Shown here: piece by piece, positions 38,272 through 52,000 of the stretch
Position numbering within the stretch: the first letter of the stretch is position 1
Layout of the letters: each line of letters begins with the position of its first letter
From: Balanoglossus misakiensis
Taxonomy: Eukaryota; Animalia; Hemichordata
DNA length: 64,000 nucleotides
Assembly (NCBI GenBank): GCA_040954595.2
Contig: CM082595.2
Location: forward strand, 6,288,137-6,352,136
Direction of reading: 5' to 3'
Notes under the pieces: model-generated
Databases searched by the model: none
Told to the model about the DNA's origin: nothing
Seen by the model: only the letters and a program-made list of their open reading frames with translations
Made by a program: the position numbers and the translations under genes

Positions 38272-41200
38272 TCTTGTAGGCATGCTTCTATGAACCAACG
38301 CTACTAGTTCCCAAAGCTTACTCTAAATCAATACGCTATCAATTAAAGATCTTCCATTAGGACCTTATTTGCACTGGCACTCGTCGATATTATCTTCGAC
38401 TGCGAAAGAACGTTTCCGCGTTCCGCAACTTGTCCTTTTTTAGGTGACCATTAATTACTTTGCTGAAAGGGCAAATTAATATTCGTGCTGTCAGGTCTGC
38501 TTCCCCACTTGAATCTCTGAAGTGCTGGTTGTGAATTTGCAGCCGAATGCATCGGGTGAACGGATAAACGTGTCTTCTGAGACATCTTGTGACTCTCACC
38601 GTCGCCTACACACAGTGGAAAATATTAATGACCGTTCGACTGAACCTATTCTGTCGGGTAGTGGCTGTTAACCACACTGGTTGATGTCGAATATTGGCAA
38701 AAAATGGGATCCGTGCCCCGTGCTCAGATCCACTTGTCGGCATACAACTCAGCGCTGCCCACATTCGCAGCCTTTACTGTAAGTGGCATCATTAGATAAC
38801 TCTCCGTGCTTTGGAGGGCCATCAGGCTATGCGACAGTAATGAGTCTTTTCTCTCGAAAAAAGACATCGAGAAACTTGGCTCGGAAGAAACTTGAAAGAG
38901 TCCCCTCTATTTCATTAAAAAAAAACTCTCGGTAAAGTGTACGTGACTTGTGAAGTGGTTGGCTAGTTTTACTGCGAGTCAGTCTGTGTGGTTTGCGAAT
39001 CTTGCCCTGGAAGAGAGAGAGATGACATTTCCCGGCGTCGCAGAGTGTAAGGTTAATGAAGATATCGCTATCCATTACATGGAAATAACAACAAACTTTT
39101 GCCCCCTGGCCTTGCCTGCACACTCAAAAAGAAGATGCTCAACGGTCCTGTTTTTGCCAACCCGTATATAATTGTAGCTTTAATTAAGATCTGAGAAGCG
39201 AAAGAAGATCGGAGAAGCAAAAGCAGGGCCACGTATCAGGTTTAAACTAACGAGATCACTGTGTCACCCCCTTGCTGTAACCAAAGCAGTGCAATGTGTG
39301 ATGTCGACTCGGATTATTTCCAAGACGTCTACCGTTGCTCGGTTTATTCCGGTGAGCTTTATGTAGACTTCGCAGAATTGTGGACTCTTACGCTGTGTAA
39401 TCTTGAGTGTAACATACTCATTCCATGCGTCAGATAATGCTAGGTTTCCGTTCAATTTAACAATATTATCCATCACACAAAGAAGGCTTTTAATGCCAAG
39501 TACGGCAATCACGACTTATACTGTTCCCAACTCCATGATATGTTCAATACATTATTTGTTGTTGAGTATGAAAAGTCCTTCAACTTGCATTGTTTGCTTC
39601 ATTTCAATGGAAGCTACGTGTGATTTCAAACGTTTTAGCTTTAAGTGAATCACAAAACATCACACACCCAAACTACAGTGAAACTTGTTTGAAATTTCAA
39701 AGTGTTTATGATAGAGCACAATTGTTTCTCATATTGCAATTCAAAATGGCTGCCAGTTTCTGTATTAGCTTTATGGGGAAAATTTAAATTTGTGATATTT
39801 AAGAAAACAAGACAGGGTGAACACCCTGTTTTTTATGAAAGACTTCTCCTACCCTACACTTCAATATAGCAAAGAATTTAAAGGTTTGGAGGACTATTAT
39901 TTTTCTGTCCCCAAGACACGTACTGAAGTTTGTGGAGCACGTCAGGTCTTCCTCCATCTGGCTTCGGTTGAAAAAAATAACACATTTTCCTGCACTGCAC
40001 GAAGTGAATTAATGCCACCAGCGGCATGAAGCAGGGGACTGGGGGGAAATTTAATTCCCACCGTTTCTCAAAAGAATACTCAAACGACTCCTTAGTGTCA
40101 TCTTAATTCTCACTAATCGAAAAATTGTGATTGACCCTCTGCGAAAAACCTTGAAAGCAGCTAATAGTCAGAATAGAGCAGAATATATCAGATGGAAATA
40201 TCTGTATCGTTTTGTTATAAATTTTGTTGTCGCTAATGCGTGTGTGACAAGTAATCCAAGTTTTATGTTCTGCACATACCAAGGTTTCAGTTGCTTAAAC
40301 TCAACTTACCCTTGAAAATCGACTAGAGAAAGTGCACGTTTCTTAATTTTCTGTACGAGTACAATTTTTGGCACATGCCATAAAAAAATATCACCAAAAT
40401 GTGTAAAGGCAGGGCAACAACAGAATTCTGATACACCTGACTATTCTGGATGTTTGATCTTATAACATAAATTATTTCAATTGCCTTGAGAGACAGGCAC
40501 GTCGTTATATGAAAAATCTAAAGAAAACATTAAAGAAAATGGACTGTCATGAGGAAAGGTGGATATGGAAATTATAAATTGTGGGGGAGTCGAGATAAGT
40601 GTTTACGTAATATTCCAGATCCTGTTTTACGAACATATTACTCTTATCGTCTTGTAGACGATCATTCAGAATATTTATTCAAAGAAATGTCACTTAAAAC
40701 TGCTTGTATTTGGGGGAAGATGTCTAGTACCCTCTTTACAATTACATGGTCGAAAACTCACTGAGTCCGCTCTCAACATCATACAGCTGGAGTATCTTGT
40801 CACTCAACACGTGATTTGTTGAATGGATGCTCGGTGCATGCAAACATACTAGTGGCTAGCTCGTTTTGATGTCAAAACATCGTCATATCCGAGGAGAACT
40901 CGAACACTGTAAGCCTCTGTTAACATCACGAATATTAATGTGAAGAGAGAGTAATAAATCCGGGGAAATGACCTCTGAAGTGCGCAATGGCAATTCGGAC
41001 TGGCAGCTCTCGCTGAAAATGCCCAGGGTGGATGATTCCATAATTGCGATGCTCTCGAAATGACAAATTACCAAGGTTCAAACAAATAACGATGTAATGG
41101 GATATGCGGACACGGTGATGGAAATATTAGCCATGTGGTCATTAGCATACTTAACCTATGTCGCCGAGGAATTCCCCGGTCCACCTACGGATGTTATACA

Positions 41201-44200
41201 CGTATAGAACGGGCGTCGAGATCATCCACCCGGGACATTCATTCGAGTTCCGTGTATATTGCCACTGGGGTGGGACTCGAGACAAGAACAGCTTTCAAAG
41301 TCCCATTCACCGGGAACAAAGTGCCATTCACCAGATCTCATGATTTAATTATTGCGAGACGTATGCATGCTTTTTATGACTGTCAAGAATGCCTTGACAA
41401 CCGCCGAGTGTAATCGATTTTGATCGAGTACATCAGCTTTCGAGATGCGTTTTTCGACTCTGTTTCCTCTCTCCGCCCGAATGGTTCTTGTTTCATGGTT
41501 ATCGCGAGATAATCTGTCAATTCGATCGTACAATTACTTCAGTGTGTGTTATTCATCGCTGCCTCAAAATAAAAGATAACGATGAAAACACAATCCGCAC
41601 ACCCAATTGCAAGGTAGTATGCGAGTCGATAATTAGAATTGGTGAATTTTTCCCGTTGGAAGTTTTAATATTTAATGTTAAAAAAAGATATCGATGGTCA
41701 ACAATTGTAACGTCATGTAAATTATTAAGAATGAGGCCAGGCAGAATTTCATGTTATACTCTGTAAACTTTAAATGTTATTATCAAAATTACAACTTCCC
41801 GTATATGTATTTTCAGTGTTCAGTTCCAACCTTCGCTGGGAAAAGGGTTTAGATTTTTATGGTGACCTAATTTAAGATAATTCCAAAATCTGCTGTTTGC
41901 CGACATCATCAATACTTTTTTCTTCTACCGAGCTTTCTACATTTTGTCCTTCGAATATTAACCCTTTCAAGATTTCATTTATGAATCCAAGGCCATCTGG
42001 ACTATTTGATTTATTGAATATACATAGATTAGAGAGACGGTAATCAACAAAGGGGGGAAAAACTGAAATTGGATTTAATGAGGCATCCGTTAGCTATAGG
42101 CTAGTGCCTAAGTGACAACAGCTGCAAATTTTGATTGTAGTCACGATTTTCATGCAGGTCCATTAGTTATTGTTCTACTTCCCTACGCATGTAGAAGTGC
42201 AACATTTGTGTATACGGCACATGTAGTATATTCGACATTTTCAAAGACAACCAAGAAATGCACTTCAAAAGCGAATTCATGCTACTGCTGGTAGCCTTGT
42301 ATTGCTAACGAGAGGGAGCAGTGAATAGCATAAAGTTTAACAGAAAGTACACGCTACATAGACCTTTAGCCATATCGCCCCGTTTCCATCTATTGAGGTC
42401 CAACTTTACCATAGAAAACAATAGGTTTGGAACAAACCATTGTGGTAATGGGGTAAAAGCATATGATTTTGACAGTGTGGAAAACTGGAAGTCCAAATGC
42501 ATATATTTGAATAAAAGGTCAAAACAGCGACATAACAGTAACTCGTGCGATCCTTCGAAATTATGCATACTCTTCGCAAGAAAACATAATCACTCAGATG
42601 CATTAGGAAAATTGTCGGCAAGAAATAAATAGAATGTGTGCTTTATTCTCATTTGCGATTCAATGGAAAGAAAAGCTGGGTCGTCCGAGTGCAGGGGTAA
42701 AATATTCATACCTTCCCCACAGACGTAATAATTCTATCAGTTTCAATCGCACAAATTCGTTCAAGAAACGTTAACCATACGTAGAGTGGTGTTGTCCGCT
42801 CATAATTGTGTCAACGTGCAAAATGCCACAAGGGAGCGTGAAATATCTGAAGGAGAAGAAGGAGAAGGTATTATCGCTGCATAGATCGGTTAGTTGCAAT
42901 ATTCGCTGCGTACCCCTGGGGACGGTTACTAGTTTGACTTTAATCATGATGTTTGTCGAACGCATCCGCCACGGATGGGGAGTGGAACGCGGCATTCGCG
43001 ATCGTACGCGCAATCTATTTTTCGAGACAGACGCCGGGAATGTTATCTGGTGGGCGGTGATAATCCCGTTAAAATTACAGTTCCGAATCCATCCTGAATG
43101 TTGATTATTGCGTTCACCTGGACACTGGCGCGAAAAGACGGATGTCTGGTGAAAAGTGAATAAACGCAATCCGTTGCTACGGGAATCGTTCAATAAATGG
43201 AAAATTGTAATCATAGATAAATGTTCAGCACTGAAATGACGAATCGTTTTTCACCAAGACAACAACTGAGTCTAATTTGCCACCACGGGAAATACGCGTT
43301 ACATCACCGCTGTTTCACGCCATTTTTCACCAAATCGTGAGTTTGTCAAACAACTGCTTTTGTTTGCCTGATAGACTGTCCGCAACGTCGTTTAATGTGA
43401 TTTTACAAATCGCCGAGCGCTAATTTGATTTGATGAAACCCCGTTGAAGGTGTCAGTGAAAACTAGCGCATCAGTAACTCTTGAGAGTGTATCACACACC
43501 AAGCACGTTGTGCAATTAAACCGGCCTACGCAAAGCGCATGGTAATTTCTCCGTATTTGCCAACAGCTAACATACGAACTGATACCTGCTTAATCAAAAT
43601 ACCAAAGAACAAAAGAAAGTGTGGCATTGTATGTTTCAGGTATTGTGTCAAAACCACTGTACAATACATTACATGTGCATAGATAAATTGTTTGCTTCTG
43701 CGTAAAAAGATTAATGATACGCTCAATGAATACAACAAATGTTTCATTACACATTAAAAATTGAAGCGCCTCACATTGACAGTTCAAGCTATCAGTCCGT
43801 TCCCCAGTTAGGGAATTTCTTCTGTCTATAGCAGGCTAGTTCGAGCAGTGTCTGTCTGTCTGTGTCTCTCTGTCTGTCTGTCACACTACTGGTATTCGAC
43901 AGACACGTAGGTTTTCATGTGTTGTTCAAGAGAGTTGCACTCTCAACCAATTTATCGATATCACGCATTCCACTGCCAAGCCTATGACAGTTTATAGCAA
44001 CGGCTGTTAAACACTTAGGTTGCCGCCTAACATCTTCGATCAAGTGAAGCTTCTTTTGCAGTAATCTTCCATTGCAAATCTTTACACTTAATATGTCAAG
44101 TCAGATTTTTTCAAAAAGGAAAGCTTTCTTAGCTTCTTTCCCAGAAATAGGAAGTATCGACTGAGGACCAATCAAGAAATCGATTTTGGGGGATTCTTGT

Positions 44201-44690
44201 GACTGCAAGAAAGGAAAGGAACCATCTAAACGATCAATACCTTCCCGACTTCTTTTTCTTCGGGGCTACCCTGACATCCTCAGGGGGTAAGCCACCATTG
44301 CAACGACAAGAAAAATGCTTCTTCGATCAAGCTGTCCTGTTTATTACCGGTAAACAAGTATAAAGTTACAGCTGCTTTGGATCCAATTTAATGTAAGCAA
44401 GGAGAGATTTATTGATTGAGAAACACCTGTTCACTTTTCCATGGGGCAGGAGTAAGTAATCACTGCATCACCTGAGAGAAAACAAATCGTGTTTCCTCCA
44501 ATGTTCAACTCGGAGCAGGCAGGACAACTCCTAGTCTGGCATCCTTCCTTACCGCACCCGGAAATGGACTTACCGGAACCGGAAATCAACTAATCAAACA
44601 CAATTCGTCTGTGAATGTGGCGAAGTTATTTCATGTTACAAAATTACAGATGTCTCAAACATTGTCCATATATATCATTTGTCTTCAAAG

Positions 44691-45036
44691 TTAAAGTAGT
44701 GTACGCCTCAAAAAGTAATAGTCTTAAACCTTTTGTCAAATATTAGTCAGTGCAACTTTACATTATTCTATTTTAAATTGCGAATAAACAACTAGGGGTC
44801 AGCATGGAAAACTTTGAACGAGAGCAAATTGTATCAAATTTAAAATTCAAAATGGCCACCAATCTCTGTGTTAACTCTATGGCGAAACAAATAAGTTGTA
44901 TTTTTTATGAAAGTAAGAAGGTTAACCGTTTTTAAAAAAAATATCTCATAAGGACCTTAACATAGCAAAGAATTGGAAGATTTTGGAGCACTATCTTTTT
45001 TCTGTATATCTGTCCTCAAGACACATGGTACCTTAA
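44691..45036. mobile_element. TTAA-bounded non-autonomous DNA transposon (degenerate)
   Basis: TTAAAGTAG...GTACCTTAA ends. Internal AATTCAAAATGGC..C....TCTGT.TTA.CT.TATGG shared with a partial copy at ~39735-39922. An inverted left-end-like fragment lies at ~2940-3038. Confidence 0.5.
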
Positions 45037-48000
45037 ATATAGCTGTTATGCAATAGTTTCTAAAAGCAATGGGTCCTGAAAGCATCCTCGAAAACAAACT
45101 GTTGATAGAATTATTAAGTCTTGGTTGTGGAAGTCTAGCGTTTAAACTGGGAGCGGATTAAACAATACTCTCAGCAGCTGGTTTCCCTCATTAAATTAAA
45201 AGGTTGGTGCACTAGGCATTACTGTCATCTCAGTTAACGCTGCATGACGTTTGCACTGGTTTATGTGTCAGTAATTCAAATAAATTGTTTAATTGGTTTG
45301 CAAGTGGCACACTAAAAGACAACTAAGATATTATCTTGCGCGATAAGACAAAACAATAACTGCATAACAATCAATCAATATTAAATATAGATATTCCACT
45401 GAAAAATGATAGTTATGATTCCAAAGATTTAATACTGATAAATGTAGCCCATTAATTTTGCATGCAACTTATTGCGCAGATTTGTCATACGTTTGAAGTA
45501 AAGGAGTCTAAGAAAAATGTCATAAATTTGTTTTCGCCTGAGTACACGTAAAGCGTGGGTTTTATGAATTTCAGCTGTCAAAACCACAATATTTGCTTTG
45601 CTTGAGCTAATGTTGAAGTTTATCGAAGATTTTTTCTCATGGTTTCTTATGAAAAAGGCATTGTGCGTAAAGGTGGGGGGTAAAATGTTGTAGTATAGTG
45701 TCAAATTGTTTGAATAGGAGATGTATACATCCTTTATCTAACTTATCTAGCTTTATTCAGTTGTTATGTGTAGAATACTTCAAAGGCATCAGTTTCTATT
45801 TGGCATACAGACTGATATCAAAACAGTCCAATAATCGTTATCATTCAAATAACCAGTTCCAAGAAAAACAGAATCAGCTTATGGCAAATAAAATTGAGTC
45901 ACCGTGAACCTGTGTGGTGGTACTGAGTGCCCTAAATTGGATAAGCAAGCCAGTAAGCAACTTTGAAAAATAATTCATGAACCCTTTTGTTTTAACTTGA
46001 AAATGTGCCAATTATAATCGTGAAAAACGTCTGTAGTTACAGACTCTGTCTGATATTTCATTGGTTCTTGCCATATCTGATTGTAATATGTAAAAGCATC
46101 AGCGATGAATTTCGAAATATTTCACATCCATACAATCATTTTTGGTTAGTTTGAATACTAGTATTCATTTATTGGTTATTTATCTAAAAGACGTCAGATA
46201 GATAAACTTATTAAATTAAACATGTTAATGTAGGGATTCCCGTGGACTCAATGCTCACTCGTACTTTGTCGGAACTTGAATATCAAAAGACTAGTGGCAG
46301 TAAGTTTTAATCTGTTCTGTCAATTAGAATTAATCATACGCATATTAAAACCATTCAGTGTGTAAAGCGATTGTCTCACAGCCACGATTCTAACCTCTTT
46401 GTTTGAAAAAGCGCAGCTTCCCTGAGCGTCAATTTTCCGCCGCTAATAATCGATCTCGACGTTTAAGTATGCATTTATTCGCCATCTCTATTTTCACGAT
46501 GTTTTGAAAGTAAAGATGCCAGCGCCCTTGTGCGCGATAATTAATTTGCTGAATCCCCGATAACAATGTTGCGTTTGCACAAAAGTACACTGGTTATCTT
46601 CTCAATTTCCTTCCCTAAGAGTGGATTATACGATGCCGAAGGATTCGACACGTATGCTGCTTGCTAATGTTCTGCTTTGAGCGAAAAACATGATTGTCGC
46701 TTGATTATTATCTGAAGATTTTTTAGCTCCCATACATGTATTCACATTGTTCTGGTGGGTTTCATTGAATGTATGATTTTCCTCTCATTGTGAGATTTGA
46801 CGAGACTTGGTTTAATTATTGTAGCAAGCCGTTGCTGGCAGAGAAATACAAGTCAAACTTTGTGTGAGAGTAGAATAGGTGAGAGTGTAAAAACAAATTT
46901 GAGTTTCGGTTAACAACTGTTTAGCTCATTAGATTTTAGATGGCCAGGCTTTGCTACAGGTTAGAAATTAGCACATCCCTTCCCATGAAACTTCAACACT
47001 CAGAGTTTAATGGCTGGGTGTTACTCTCAATCCAATTTATTGTGATGTCAAAATTAGGTATTTTAATTTTGTGTGGCAAATCCATTTCCTCTAACAACAC
47101 TTGATAAACTTTGAGCAGTTATCTGTTCTGCTTGATGTTTTTTTGTATTTCTGTTGGCAAATGTGATGACAGGCATTTATTACTCGTTTAGAAAGAATGG
47201 TGACATAAAACTGTTTTTAAATATATCCTAATCGGGAATTTAAGTGCAAACGTGCGCGGTGAATGATCATGTGAAACCAGTTTAAATTAGTCTTTACTCT
47301 AAAGTTCCCGCACTTTACTTTTCTTTTTATACCTAAAGGAGATGGTAATTTTCTTACTTTGCTTACAGAAACATTAAGACATTGGTCATAATTCAGAGTT
47401 CTACACACACACCGCTTGTAGTCATACGCTTTGCAATTAAAAGTATCAGAAATCATACGAAAGATAATGACTGTGCCAGTTAAGCAATGTTCAATTCAGG
47501 CCGTTGTGATTTTAATATCACACATACATTTGTAATTCATTCACAAACTTGTAGGGGACTATGATGGATCACAACAATCCATAATAATGCTGTACATCAT
47601 TTCCAAAGTGTACACATTGCAGTAATCACATCGTCGGCGCATATCTTCTACTATTTTCCTTTTCATGATGCATTAAATGTACCCACTAGAGTTGACCTGT
47701 TCCATAGTGTACTATAGGTAGATAATGTCAAAGGCCGGGTAATAAGCATATTGTAAATTAGAATACCCCCAAAATGAACCTTCAGTGGCGATTCTGGCTG
47801 TGGTTTGTTGAATAGATGAGGGCCTTAAAGGACAGTGCTATGCGCTGTTATCATCGGTGTAGTTTTCGTTGCATTTCTGTTATTAAGTAGTCATCGCAGG
47901 GAAAAGGGGTCGTAGAATCAAATGTAAGATGTTTGGAGCCACGACGTAATGGATTGAAAAGCATTCTTGCTATTATCGCTCTCAAAGGATGGCCCCTTCC

Positions 48001-48069
48001 ATTCAGGAATTCACATAGAATCTGCTGCGGGTTTGACCGGAATGAAAGGCCAGTCATTTGTGGCAGGTT

Positions 48070-48162
48070 TTAACCCTTTCACCCCCAGTTCCCTCTGTAG
48101 CGGTCCAACCTTACCATAGAAAGCAATGGATTTGGACTGGACCATAGTGACAATAGGGTTAA
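48070..48162. mobile_element. Short TTAA-CCC...GGG-TTAA MITE (piggyBac-like termini)
   Basis: TTAACCC...GGGTTAA ends. Core GGTCCAACYTTACCATAGAA recurs near 42397 and, inverted, at 13657-13749. Confidence 0.6.
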
Positions 48163-48950
48163 GCGATGACTGGCTCTGATCGACCATGATGATTGACAGA
48201 TGGCAAAAGCACTTGATACTTGTAATTAAATAGACACATCACATACAACTGGAAAAAAGGGGTCCAAAACGGAATTCTTTTTAGATGAAACATGTCTTCA
48301 GCTGGCGACGCATCTGTCCAGTCTTTGAAAGAAACAATTTTTTTTTTCAAATAGATCCTTTGATACGCGTCACAGTCTCTCTTCTATAGCGGTTTATGGC
48401 TTTGAGGCGAGAGTTTTTGGTTGACGTTTGGAGTTTCTTTTCACAGACTCACGGACTTTTCCGCGACACACGCGCGCCTGTGGCAAACGATTTTGCTACC
48501 AGTGAAAGAGACACAGCGGCAACGCTTAACTACAAACGCCCACATAATACCATGGAGATTTGAACGGCATCCCTGAATGGCGAGACAGTTGCAGATCTAG
48601 CCTGCGAAGATGATTCGCTCAAAAAGGAGTTTTACCCTAAATGTCTAGAACTGAACGTACAATAATTTAAACGGCTAATGCGCTTTATGACATTTCCTTC
48701 TCCTCTTTATCTGATGGACGCCTGCGCTCTACATCGCAAGATAGAGATTTCTTTGATGAAAATTCTGTGAAACTGAGAATTGCAGCGACTTTATCTTCAA
48801 TTCTCGTAAATTTAGAAGGTTAATACAATAACGGTCTGTAATTTGCAGATGTCACATTAGACATTCTTTTCAATTAACGTATTGCAGTTGAAATTAATAG
48901 CAATTACGTTTGCAATATATATACAAGATATGTTTCAAGTTGTGCAAATA

Positions 48951-49034
48951 ATGTATGTATGTATGTATGTATGTATGTATGTATGTATGTATGTATGTAT
49001 GTATGTATGTATGTATGTATGTATGTATGTATGT
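48951..49034 (+). repeat. (ATGT)n microsatellite
   Basis: Perfect array of about 21 units. Confidence 0.95.
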
Positions 49035-52000
49035 AGAGCGCGTGAGTATATCTGTGTGGGTTATTTTTATCATAAGTTGTGCCTAAGTAATTGCGGGGTA
49101 CACGTTGAATTAAAGAACACATCTGATCAAGCATTTTGATCTATTATGATAGTTTTATCAACCGATAACTGCGGACCATTTTATCAATGCCACCCACGTC
49201 GTCGTACCACGAGGCTTGTGTGTCCACATAGGGCACGACTGCTTTAAATGTGAGGATGTCGCTTTGGAATTGGCAGATTATCTGATGCGCGATGCGGCAT
49301 ATATATATTGCCCTGCATAATCTTCTATTTAATCAAACATTGGGAGGTCGGGAAATGTGAGGCTGTGAACCACCCCCTGAGGAGTTGAATTATCGAAGCA
49401 CAAACTCTGATATAGTTAAAGTGAGGGCCATTTTATCTGATGATAAGATTGAAGGGATTTTTGATGAATACAATTACGCGGCCATGACAATTTCGTTGCA
49501 AAGGTTTTCAGCCAAGATGACACGTTTTATATGTTTTAGTATTGACAAGAAAATGAGTTGACCTTTTGTTTGGATGTAAAGGATGTAATTGCCATCTTTC
49601 TCATTATTTTTTCTCTTCGTTTTATCGATAACATAAACGTATTGTAGGATTTAACAGGCTAGATTGATGATCGCTGAATGTCAACTCAACATTGTGTACA
49701 GACAGGAAGTATGACTGCAAAATGCTACAATCACGTTACTTCAATCACAAGTCATCTGTCGGAGGGCTGATTTCTTGGGGAATGGGTCCAAGACCTGACA
49801 TTGTGGAAGGTTTCTGTGAACAGAACTACATAATAGACGTTTGCTAGCAAAGATTTTAATTGATGCAAACACTGACGTGAACAGATTTTGTATAAGCGAT
49901 CATATTCTACATGTAGTACATCTGTAATAACCAACATGAAAAGTAAAGCATTTCATACTGGAAAGAAGATTCCTTCAACTGTATTTTCCTCTCATACCTA
50001 AAGATCCCAATACTTTTGTGTCTTTTGATCGATAAAGTTTTCTATGCAGTATGAACATTGTTGATCAGCACATTTGTGGTTATATGGGTCATGACTAGCA
50101 AGATGTGTCACCCAGCATTTCACTTAGTTGTCTAATGAAAATCATTTCTAAATGCACAAAAGGCACTCAAAAAGGGAAAGTACTTTTAATCTGAATATAA
50201 CAAACTTCGATGCAGAACTTAGGCATTCAGCTCGTACAAAAAGTTCTTAAAAGCCGATAATGTTGTTAGTAAGAAGATTTCAGAAGATTCTAGTGGGATA
50301 AGATTTAATGGGGGCTATTTCATGCACATAATGGGCTATTAATTGATTGTCATCACAAAACGTCAATGCATGTTACACAAACTGACATGTACCATCGATA
50401 AGGGGGTCAATCAATAATTGTATCCCAAGTAACATGAGTACTAAAGTGAACAGCATTTTGGCACATTGTCAACATGCAAGTTCTTCAATTGATTCTATTC
50501 TTTGACATTATCAATAATGTACATTTTTGGAACAAATAATGATGTTCGTCGTCTATTTTAAGAAACCTGCTATTTGTGGTAGCTATATTGAAATGTTGTG
50601 TGTTTCAAATATATTGACTTCCATCCCAAAAAGTACTTCTGGATATCATCAGATTTATTGTTGAAAAGGATTGGATGTCCAGCGAGGATCATGCAATGAT
50701 ATTGAATGTCAGAGAGATTTTATTGTCAAGTGCACAGCCATGTAAATAATGCATATGCTGCTGTTTTTTTCCTCTTTCTTGCCTAACATTTTAAAAAGTG
50801 AATAGATGAAATGGCCGGCCGTTAGAATCAAAGGCTCATTTGACATTGTAATTATTCCAATTTATAATTTTAATCACGTAAAGACAGCAATTGATCGACA
50901 TCATTCAATGAATTCTAATAAAAGAAGTGTACTTGAAAAATAATGGAATTAATGATGTTGCAGGGTGCCAAGGTTTTCGAGTCTGTGTAGTTTTCTAAGA
51001 AGGCTGAAAAATGCGAAAAAATTGCTCATTATTACATAGCCATGTGTCGTTTTTTGCATTTTTCGTCTACGTAACAACTCGACGCCCGGCCGTTTCCCTC
51101 CCTACTCGCTGCAGAAGCTATGACGTTCTCACTGTCAATCATTCCCAGTGAACTTGATCCGTGTATGAGTTGCAAGCGACAAATTAAACCTACTCCCAAA
51201 ACGAACAAAAAGGGCAGGCCACGTTCTGTATGTTTGTGTTTCCTGTTAACCCGTTATGCGAGTAGGTTAATGAAACCAGCGCACACATCAGCAAACCCGC
51301 ACAGTAATATAAGCATGCAAAATCTTTAAAAAAAATCGCTCCATATTTAAACGACGACGTTTGTCTTCCGTTAATTACTTTTCTGCGATAAAGGTCGTAT
51401 GGTGTCATTAAAAGCCTACAAGAAAATTAATCGACTGTCGGACTAAGCTGAAAAGGTTCTCACTAGGCAAACATATAGGCAAAGACTGCAGGCTCACTCA
51501 TTCGTCATATTCCCATTGCTGAAGTGGGCTGGCGTCAAGAATTGTGGTTTCCTGACTGACCAATAGCGAAAACCGAGACTCGCACAGCACATTTCATGAA
51601 TCTTACAGCGGGGATCTTTTGTACGAAATCTCCCCTCCCCACGAACTGGGAAGGATGGGGCGAAGACAACCTCGTGTGGCACAGTATTTTTTCCAAAATG
51701 TGTTCTTTCAGTATAGGGAAGCATTTTGCTGAAGTGAAAAACCGACAAGAAGAAACCGCATTCGATGACGACATGTTGACATTTAAAGGGAACATTAGCA
51801 GCGCTCTTACAGGCGATACCAGAGGCATGTACAGCAGATTGCTTGTCGCTTCTGTCGCCCAATGTCTGGAAGTATTATTGATTAAAGTTTCACGATAACT
51901 CTGCATTGGAAGGTGGCAAAACATGTTGCATTAAAGATTTTTATCTGGGCTCTTTAACATTGAGCATGAGATAACTGCTTGCAACAGTTTACATTAGTAT

